Source: an uncultured Gammaproteobacteria bacterium (GTDB lineage: Bacteria > Patescibacteriota > Microgenomatia > Daviesbacterales > UBA10151). Taken from it: a stretch of 6,633 nt of DNA. The stretch covers positions 1 through 6,633 of the forward strand of contig CAZFVS010000057.1 of the NCBI GenBank assembly GCA_964522265.1, given 5' to 3'. The notes beneath the pieces were generated by a model that saw only the letters and a program-made list of their open reading frames with translations, was not told the origin of the DNA and ran no database searches. The position numbers and the translations under genes were made by a program. Below are positions 1 to 6,300 of this stretch, piece after piece; position 1 is the stretch's first letter; every line of letters starts with the position of its first letter.

Positions 1-782
1 CTTGCTTGCAACTCGGCAAAATCTATATACAAAGATACTATCAAATTTAATTGGTTGAGCTCATTTTCAGTTAAATAATTTTTAGCCACTGCTATATCGT
101 CGGTGGTAATATAATCGCTTTTAAAACTCATCAGACCCATTAATGGTTTTTTACTATCTGCCCGCTTATTTATAATTTCGGCTGCCGTATTTCCATGTAC
201 CGCAAAATGCATTTTATTTTGCACTGTAGCAAAAAACTTCTGAGTAAAATGTGCGTCTTGTTTATAATCAATGCTTGTTGCGTAAATATCAGTTATTTTC
301 TGATAAAACATCCGCTCACTGCTCCGAATATCACGCACTCGTTGTAACAGTTCTTGAAAGTAACGTGCCCTACCGCCAGCCTGCTTGAGCCGTTCATCAT
401 CCAGCGTAAAGCCTTTTATCAGATATTCCCACAGTCTTTCTGTTGCCCATTTGCGAAACCGCGTTCCCTGCTCAGATCGCACACGATAACCAACTGCTAA
501 AATAGCATCAAGGTTGTAGTGTCTTACATCACGAGCAACTTCTCTGGTGGCTTCCTTTTGAACTATCCGGAAATTCCGGACAGTTGAATTTTTATCTAGT
601 TCTTGCTCCAAATAAATATTCGCTAAATGCTCATTAACTGTACGCACATCAACATCAAAAAGCTCGGCTATCAATTTTTGCGTTAGCCAGACATTCTCAT
701 CTTCAATTCTGACTCGGATTTTTTGCTCATCACCAAGAGCTTGATAGATGACAATTTGTGGTTTTTTAGTTTCTTTTTTCAT
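1..782 (-). CDS. RhuM-family protein (Virulence_RhuM-like), N-terminal 260 codons; the C-terminus lies beyond the left window edge
   Basis: Hand translation of the reverse strand from ATG (complement of 780..782) is open all the way to position 1. It reads MKKETKKPQIVIYQALGDEQKIRVRIEDENVWLTQKLIAELFDVDVRTVNEHLANIYLEQELDKNSTVRNFRIVQKEATREVARDVRHYNLDAILAVGYRVRSEQGTRFRKWATERLWEYLIKGFTLDDERLKQAGGRARYFQELLQRVRDIRSSERMFIRKITDIYATSIDYKQDAHFTQKFFATVQNKMHFAVHGNTAAEIINKRADSKKPLMGLMSFKSDYITTDDIAVAKNYLTENELNQLNLIVSLYIDFAELQA. The blocks HYNLDAILAVGYRV, GTRFRKWATERL.EYLIKGF.LDDERLK, DIRSSE, TDIYATSIDY, FFATVQNKMH.A.HG.TAAEII and AKNYLTE.EL..LN.IVS.Y.DFAELQA are the conserved signature of the RhuM family as I recall it. 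The ORF is not in the supplied track because it has no stop inside the window. Confidence 0.88.
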   Translation of the reverse strand, partial: MKKETKKPQIVIYQALGDEQKIRVRIEDENVWLTQKLIAELFDVDVRTVNEHLANIYLEQELDKNSTVRNFRIVQKEATREVARDVRHYNLDAILAVGYRVRSEQGTRFRKWATERLWEYLIKGFTLDDERLKQAGGRARYFQELLQRVRDIRSSERMFYQKITDIYATSIDYKQDAHFTQKFFATVQNKMHFAVHGNTAAEIINKRADSKKPLMGLMSFKSDYITTDDIAVAKNYLTENELNQLNLIVSLYIDFAELQA

Positions 783-788
783 TTATAG

Positions 789-796
789 CTCTCCCT
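789..796 (-). promoter_or_regulatory. Shine-Dalgarno (AGGGAGAG on the minus strand) for the RhuM-family gene
   Basis: The minus strand reads TTTCAGGGAGAGCTATAAATG. The GGAG core (791..794) lies 8 nt upstream of the ATG at 782. This is the only clear purine-rich RBS in front of any gene in the window. Confidence 0.55.
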
Positions 797-851
797 GAAA
801 GGCTTGATACAAAACTGGTTGTTTTAAACGTTCTAATTCTTACAATTGTTC

Positions 852-880
852 TTGAATTATATTACTCAGGTCCTTATAAA
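852..880 (+). promoter_or_regulatory. Candidate sigma70-type promoter upstream of alaS (TTGAAT-17 nt-TATAAA)
   Basis: TTGAAT at 852..857, a 17-nt spacer, then TATAAA at 875..880, inside the 131-nt divergent intergenic region. It would give a leader of about 26 nt with no SD. This is a motif match only. Confidence 0.35.
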
Positions 881-897
881 TCATTCGCTAAAAATAA

Positions 898-906
898 TGA
901 TATACT
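898..906 (+). promoter_or_regulatory. Candidate extended -10 element (TGaTATACT) abutting the alaS start codon
   Basis: TG at 898..899 and TATACT at 901..906. Exactly 7 nt (907..913) separate the hexamer from the ATG at 914, so a transcript from here would start at or next to the start codon (leaderless). There is no SD between the element and the ATG. The -35 is poor (AAATCA), which extended -10 promoters tolerate. Confidence 0.35.
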
Positions 907-913
907 TCTTGCT

Positions 914-2248
914 ATGGACTCCTCCCTGCTTAGGCAGAAATATTTTGATTTTTTTACAAAAAAGGGTCATAAATTAGTTCCCTCATCATCCCTCATCCCT
1001 TCAGACCCTACTACGCTGTTCACCAGTGCCGGCATGCAGCCTATGATCCCTTATCTTTTGGGAAAAACCCACCCGCAGGGCAAAAGGATAGTCAACTCCC
1101 AAAAGTGTTTCCGCTCCCAGGATATCATGGAGATCGGAGATAACCGCCACACCACTTTTTTCGAGATGCTGGGCAACTGGTCATTCGGGGATTACTTTAA
1201 AAAAGAACAATTAAATTGGCTTTTTGAATTTTTAACACAGGATTTAGGGCTTAACCCCAACAAGCTTTATGTAACCGCATTTGAAGGAGGCAGCAGTATA
1301 ACAAAGGATCTGGAAACTGTAAGCATATGGCAAGAAATTTTTGAAAGTAAGGGGATAAAAGCGGAAATCGGAGAGCGGATTTTTCTCTACGGCGCTGCCA
1401 AAAACTGGTGGACCAGGGCAGACTCTCCGGAATCTATGCCTGAAGGTGAGCCGGGCGGGCCTGACTCTGAAGTATTTTATCTCTTTGACCAGATTTCCCA
1501 TGACCCAAAGTTTGGCAAGGAGTGCCACCCGAATTGTGATTGCGGAAGATTTTTGGAGATTGCCAATTCAGTTTTTATGCAGTACCAGAAAAAAGACCGG
1601 GGTTTTATCGGGCTGCCTCAAAAAAATGTTGATTTTGGAGGAGGGCTGGAGAGATTAACTGCCGCCTGCCAGAATCAACCGGATATTTTTAAAATAGATC
1701 TTTTCTGGCCTATTATTGAAAAGCTTAAGGAACAACTTAAGGTCAAATATGATGATGAAAAAATTACAGCATCACTTAGGGTTATTGCAGATCATATCAA
1801 AGCTGCAATTTTTTTAATCAAGGACGGGGTTACACCATCCAACAAAATGCAGGGGTATGTTTTAAGAAGACTGCTTCGCCGGTGTGCTGTAAAAATCCAC
1901 ACCATACAAACAGACTCTGAAAGCATCCTTTCAAAACTGGTTGACCCTGTTTTGGATATTTACCAGGGAACCGGTTACTTCCAAACAAGCGACTGGGATC
2001 ATATTAGGCTGATGATTGAAAAGGAGCTTGTGAAATTTAAACAGACCTTGAAAAGGGGCCTGAGGGAGATTGAAAAAGTGGATAAAGTAACAGACAAAAT
2101 AGCATTTGACCTGTACCAAAGTTATGGTTTCCCTTTTGAACTTTTAGAAGAATTATTTTTAGAAAAAGGGCAGAAAATAAGCAGGGAGGATTTTAATCAG
2201 GAATTCCAGAAACACCAGGAACGTTCAAAGTCTTCCTCAGTTATGTAA
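914..2248 (+). CDS. alaS: Alanine--tRNA ligase, truncated 'mini' form: aminoacylation and tRNA-recognition domains only (444 aa); no editing or C-Ala domain
   Basis: Class II AlaRS signature blocks are present: LRQKYFDFFTKKGHKLVPSSSLIP, DPTTLFTSAGM, SQKCFRSQDI.EIGDNRHTTFFEMLGNWSFGDYFK, GGPDSEVFY, EIANSVFMQY, DFGGGLERL. The helical tRNA-recognition block LRVIADHIKAAIFLIKDGVTPSNKMQGYVLRRLLRR and FDLYQSYGFPFEL are also present. The ORF ends with TAA at 2246..2248, about where the beta-barrel/editing region begins in full-length (~870 aa) enzymes. Confidence 0.93.
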   Translation: MDSSLLRQKYFDFFTKKGHKLVPSSSLIPSDPTTLFTSAGMQPMIPYLLGKTHPQGKRIVNSQKCFRSQDIMEIGDNRHTTFFEMLGNWSFGDYFKKEQLNWLFEFLTQDLGLNPNKLYVTAFEGGSSITKDLETVSIWQEIFESKGIKAEIGERIFLYGAAKNWWTRADSPESMPEGEPGGPDSEVFYLFDQISHDPKFGKECHPNCDCGRFLEIANSVFMQYQKKDRGFIGLPQKNVDFGGGLERLTAACQNQPDIFKIDLFWPIIEKLKEQLKVKYDDEKITASLRVIADHIKAAIFLIKDGVTPSNKMQGYVLRRLLRRCAVKIHTIQTDSESILSKLVDPVLDIYQGTGYFQTSDWDHIRLMIEKELVKFKQTLKRGLREIEKVDKVTDKIAFDLYQSYGFPFELLEELFLEKGQKISREDFNQEFQKHQERSKSSSVM

Positions 2249-2251
2249 CTA

Positions 2252-2530
2252 TTATTTTTTCTTACGCCCTTTTGGGAGGACAAAGGCTACCAGGTCTCTC
2301 AGGGACCTGATCGAGGATTTTGCAAGGAATGCCATAATTGAAGCAACTACTATTTTTGAAGGCAGGTCTATCCTCCTTGCCACATCCTCAGTCTCCTCTA
2401 AAATCTTATCCGCCCTTTTCAACCCTTTTCTGATGGCGATTAATATTATCAGCACAACCAGTGCAATCAGCACAAAAATAACAGTCCAGACTGAAACTAA
2501 TATCACCAGCACAAATTCAAGTATTCCCAT
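2252..2530 (-). CDS. Small membrane-anchored protein (92 aa): N-terminal ~32-residue hydrophobic segment, amphipathic helical region and KKK tail; DUF948-like architecture, function unknown
   Basis: The ORF fills most of the gap between alaS and the RodZ-like gene. The N-terminus GILEFVLVILVSVWTVIFVLIALVVLIILIAI is strongly hydrophobic, followed by charged, helix-prone sequence (RKGLKRADKILEETEDVARRI). There is no SD. The call rests on architecture only, with no family-specific motif recognised. Confidence 0.5.
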   Translation of the reverse strand: MGILEFVLVILVSVWTVIFVLIALVVLIILIAIRKGLKRADKILEETEDVARRIDLPSKIVVASIMAFLAKSSIRSLRDLVAFVLPKGRKKK

Positions 2531-2590
2531 AAAAAATTCTGAAGATAGCTACTAATATTTTACTAGAAACTAAAACCTAGAAGCTAGATA

Positions 2591-3229
2591 CTACTTTTCA
2601 ACAAGTACTGTCCTGTCTATCTTGGTACTCTGCCCAAATTTACTGGTCGCCACAACAGTTATTATGTTCGAGGAGGAAGAAAGTTTAACTTCCTCCTGGA
2701 AATGCCCGTTTTTATCTACCCCTATATCCTGGTTATTTACCATTATTTTATTCTCAGGATCCGTATTCCCTTCAACTAGTACAGACGGTATCTCAACTGA
2801 TTGACCATCCTTGGGACTCACCACTTCCAGATTTGGTGCCCCAATAAACTGCCGGTATTCCAACCAAAGATAGGTAAAAAAACTCAATATAATTATGGCT
2901 GTAGTAAGCCAGATAACTCTGGCGGGAGTAATACGCAGTCTGCTCTCTTTAAGCGGTTTGGAAAAACTTTCTAAAACCACCGGAGGGTGTTTCCTTGCTT
3001 CAAAATCCCTTCTGAACACCGCTAAAAGTTTCTGTGTGTCCAATCCTAAAAACCTTCCGTAGTTTTTAATAAACCCCTGAATAAATGTTGCAGGCGGCAG
3101 TTTGGAATAATCATTTGCTTCCAGGGCCTGGAGAAGCTCTTTGCGAATCTTGGTATTTTTCTCAACATCTTCCAGCATCAGCAGTTTGCTTTCCCTTGTT
3201 TCTCTCAAAATCTGCCCGACAGTTCTCAT
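2591..3229 (-). CDS. RodZ-like protein: N-terminal HTH (HTH_25/XRE-like), one transmembrane helix and an extracytoplasmic Ig-like beta domain
   Basis: The N-terminus VGQILRETRESKLLMLEDVEKNTKIRKELLQALEANDYSKLPPATFIQGFIKNYGRFLGLD matches the RodZ-type HTH pattern (...I....L.ALE..D...LP...Y..GF...YA..LGLD). The TM helix is VIWLTTAIIILSFFTYLWL. The C-terminus LEVVSPKDGQSVEIPSVLVEGNTDPENKIMVNNQDIGVDKNGHFQEEVKL...NIITVVATSKFGQ looks like a beta-sandwich. The ORF track starts at TTG 3232; I prefer the adjacent ATG at 3229 (MRTVGQ...). Confidence 0.82.
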   Translation of the reverse strand: MRTVGQILRETRESKLLMLEDVEKNTKIRKELLQALEANDYSKLPPATFIQGFIKNYGRFLGLDTQKLLAVFRRDFEARKHPPVVLESFSKPLKESRLRITPARVIWLTTAIIILSFFTYLWLEYRQFIGAPNLEVVSPKDGQSVEIPSVLVEGNTDPENKIMVNNQDIGVDKNGHFQEEVKLSSSSNIITVVATSKFGQSTKIDRTVLVEK

Positions 3230-3237
3230 CAAAATGA

Positions 3238-3265
3238 ATTATACCAGTTTTCACTCCTACTCCAA
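3238..3265 (-). promoter_or_regulatory. Candidate promoter for the RodZ-like gene: TTGGAG-16 nt-TGgTATAAT (extended -10), directly abutting the start codon
   Basis: The minus strand reads TGGTATAAT (3246..3238), a perfect TGnTATAAT. The -35-like TTGGAG lies at 3265..3260 with a 16-nt spacer. Only 8 nt separate the -10 from ATG 3229 (5 nt from TTG 3232), and there is no SD, which implies a leaderless or near-leaderless mRNA. Confidence 0.5.
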
Positions 3266-3291
3266 CACTTAAGTCTTCATTTATCCCAGTC

Positions 3292-3320
3292 TTGCAATGT
3301 CTTTTTTTATAGGGTATAAT
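3292..3320 (+). promoter_or_regulatory. Candidate strong sigma70-type promoter for the giant ORF: TTGCAA-17 nt-TATAAT
   Basis: TTGCAA at 3292..3297, exactly 17 nt of spacer, then consensus TATAAT at 3315..3320. The ATG at 3335 is 14 nt downstream of the hexamer, and the intervening tctttcttgcacat is pyrimidine-rich with no SD. The predicted 5' UTR is therefore only about 7-8 nt. Confidence 0.55.
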
Positions 3321-3334
3321 TCTTTCTTGCACAT

Positions 3335-6300
3335 ATGTTCACAGAGAAAGAAGTATCGTTATTTAGCATACTAAACAACCTACTAGCGAATAACCAACTC
3401 GAGCTGAAAAAGTTAACAGGGGAAGTGAAGGAACCGTTTTTGAAAAAATACCCTACTTCTATTATTAATATTAAATCTTTTTACCCAAAGGAGGACTTCA
3501 CAAAGGTTTTAGACCAATCTATCTACAAACCTATCTACAACCAAAGCGTTAAACTGCCAGTTTTTAATCCTAAAAAACCTGCTGCTGACATCCCGGTAGA
3601 GGTATCCATGAGAGTATCCGAGCAGCAAAAAATAGCCGGCCAAGCGCTGACTATAGCTTCGTTAAAAGGTACGCTTGACGAAGAATACCAAAAACATAAA
3701 AAAGCGTTAATCAAAACCGCCCTCGAAGACCAGTTTCCCAGGGTCAAACAGGAAGCTGCCATACAACTGAGGCTTCTTGCCAACTCCGGGCTCGACGGAG
3801 AAATTGTCAGACATATGGCTGCGTTAACCCGCAGGATTATCCGCCAAAAAGGACAAATAGCCAAACTAAGCACTGAGCAGGCATTAGCTATCCGAACCAT
3901 CTGTTCATTAAACGATTACGATGCCCAAAGAGTTGCCATCCAATTGGTAACATCCGAGGCTTTAGACCCCAGGATTAAAAAATTGGTTCTGAGAAAGTTA
4001 TGTCAAACAAGTTTCTTTAATAAATATTATGGGATTTCAGATTTTATCAGTCAGTATACTTCTCAAGACAGCAGGGAGATTCCATGGGATAAATTCAGAC
4101 CCTTAATAAGTTTATATGCCCATCCCAGCAGAGAACTCCGCGAAACAGCCTTTGCATCTATTTCACCGGTAATGAGCAGGGGGGGTTATTGGCTGTCAGA
4201 TGCTATTGCTGATTACCGGGATAAAACACCAAATATTCCTGACAGGGCATTCTTGCAAGTACTCGCACTGTCAGAAAATAGCAAAATACCGATCGAAAAA
4301 TTTGATGCTTTATTCAGTTTAGCAGATAAAAACAGAGCGGTCTCGGAGGAACTAACCATGCTCCTGACTTACCTTCTGGAAAAAGATTCTTGTTATGATA
4401 ACGGACATTATGAACGTGGTCGGATTTTACGGGCACTTTTGCAAGACGATCCCAACCCCGATTTTTTATCTGTCTTCATAAGCTGTCTAAAAAAATCCCT
4501 TTTTATGTTGAGGCAAGCTAGACTAGATTATCTAGAATGTTCAAAATTTATCAGCTGCTTATACGACCCTTCAGGTTCAGCATATAAGCGTAGTCATTCT
4601 TTGGCAGCAGCCTGTGCTGCAAAACCCCCATCTCTGCAAGTAATTGACAAAGCTTTGGAAAAACAGATTGTTAAAAAGATCAGGCAGATCCTGCCCAAAG
4701 GATCTGATGTTAAAAAAATAGCCCAACTGCACTCTTCATGGGACGGCATGGAACCTTTTTTAATTTATATCTCCAGATTATATGATCACCAGTCAGACTT
4801 ATACAAAGACGTATTAGCATTGATGGGTGAGATTATAGCCCATATCGATCCCCCTTCTTTTGAAGAATGGAAAAAATGGCGTTACGACCTGAACAATCAA
4901 AAAGTGAACGAACAGGTGGGTTTTTTAAGCAGTGAGACCTTAGATGCCTGGATATCTGACTATGTTGTGGACTTATCAGATATTCAAAGCGAAGATGTAT
5001 CTGAAAAGATTATTAAAATTAGGGAGATTTTTGACCAGTTTGCTGATTCTGGTCTGAAAGAAACAGGGTCTGTTGACATCCGACAAATTGAGGATAAGCT
5101 TAGAATTTTGACGAAATTTATCTCCTTGAAGGACGATCTCGAACTTGCAAAACGTGCAGCAAAAAGTATTGGGGAGTTGAATGCAACCGAATGCCGCAAA
5201 AGGCGGGCATTGAAAAAAGCCGGGTTCTCTACTCTTAAAACCACAGGCCAAATCCATTCTGAAATTGGCAAAATAAGAGAAGGGTTGGGTGCTGAAAATG
5301 AAGTTAAGATAAAAAATCTTGCTGTAGCTGGCATTATAAAAAAATACACACAGGCTAAAAGCCACTTGGAATATCTCAGATCAAAAAATATTCAACCCAC
5401 GGGTGAAGATTTAACCCATGTTTCATTACTGCAAAACCAGCTCATCGGTACCTTGGGTAACGGATTTGAAAGTCTGCTGAAAGATTATCAAAATATCGCT
5501 GTTTTGACAGCCAACCTGCCAAAGATCATTGACCCTAAACTGGCTGATTTCTTAAGCAGGTACGGGTTAAAAAAATCTTCCCCTTCGGAAAAACTTGAAG
5601 CTGTAATAAATTTTATCCAGAATGGTATTATAGAATTAACTCATACAGAACCTATGCTGGATTCAGATGAAAGAAGAATTTACAAAACCATCAAAGATTT
5701 AAAAATACAGAAGGAAATCCTTTCCCTGCTTACTGCAAAACCCGCAACCTTATCAAACAAACAGCTTAAAGAAAAACTAGCTGTACTTGTAAAAGGCTTG
5801 GGTGAATATAAGGACTTAAGTACCAAATTGGCAGTGTTACAGGAAGATGCGGGAAAAGAGCATTCGGGTAAAAACAATGGTCTGGTGTTTATATTCACCG
5901 ACCACCCTCTAGTTGCTCTTACCGTAGGAAAATATCCTGCGGGGGCTGTCTCCTGCCAGAGTTATTGGAACGGCAGTGATTCTCTTGCAGCATATCCTGC
6001 TGATGCAATGACCAAATTATGTCTTTTAGTTGATAAAAACAGCCTGCCTGAGGATGTAGCCGAAAAGCTGGATAATGCAACCACCAATGAAGAGAAGTTA
6101 GCAGTATTTAACAGTAATACTTATGCCTTTTTAGATGCCATGGTTGCCAGACGGGTTATTAAAATAGTCAGAAATGATCAAAACCAGGAACCATATATCT
6201 TTCTTGAACCGGTTTATACAAGCTACAACCAAACACTGATGATTAATTATTTAAACAAGTTCGCTCTGGGGTTTCTTCATCCTGCAACAGGCTTGCCACT

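Noticed and set aside
783-913. Possible tRNA, T-box leader or small RNA in the 131-nt alaS/RhuM divergent spacer
   Set aside because: The spacer is too short for a T-box (~200-300 nt). It has no GTTCRAnnC T-loop-like motif or cloverleaf-compatible stems that I could find, and it is adequately explained by divergent promoter sequences.
1244-2119. ORFs inside the alaS coding region: antisense ORFs 1244..1528 (94 aa) and 1931..2119 (62 aa), and the alternative-frame sense-strand ORF 1446..1658 (70 aa)
   Set aside because: They lie wholly within a gene whose translation carries unmistakable AlaRS motifs. Their own translations are low-complexity or Cys/Phe/Arg-rich, with no recognisable features. 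They are shadow ORFs.
3488-3494. Perfect SD-like AAGGAGG inside the giant ORF
   Set aside because: No ATG, GTG or TTG follows within 5-12 nt in any useful frame. It simply encodes K-E-D in frame (PKEDF).
3519-3540. 10-nt direct repeat CTATCTACAA x2 with a 12-nt period
   Set aside because: There are only two copies, in frame, encoding SIYKPIYNQ. This is a trivial local duplication or codon coincidence, not a repeat array.
3535-5898. Antisense ORFs within the giant gene (3535..3900; 4976..5365 and 4984..5349 in two overlapping frames; 5680..5898), plus 2622..2804 inside the RodZ-like gene and 6251..6436 at the giant gene's 3' end
   Set aside because: The sense strand here is A-rich and K/E-rich, which depletes stop codons on the complementary strand. 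The antisense translations are F/S/C-rich nonsense. Two overlapping antisense frames being open at once is a compositional artefact, not evidence of coding.
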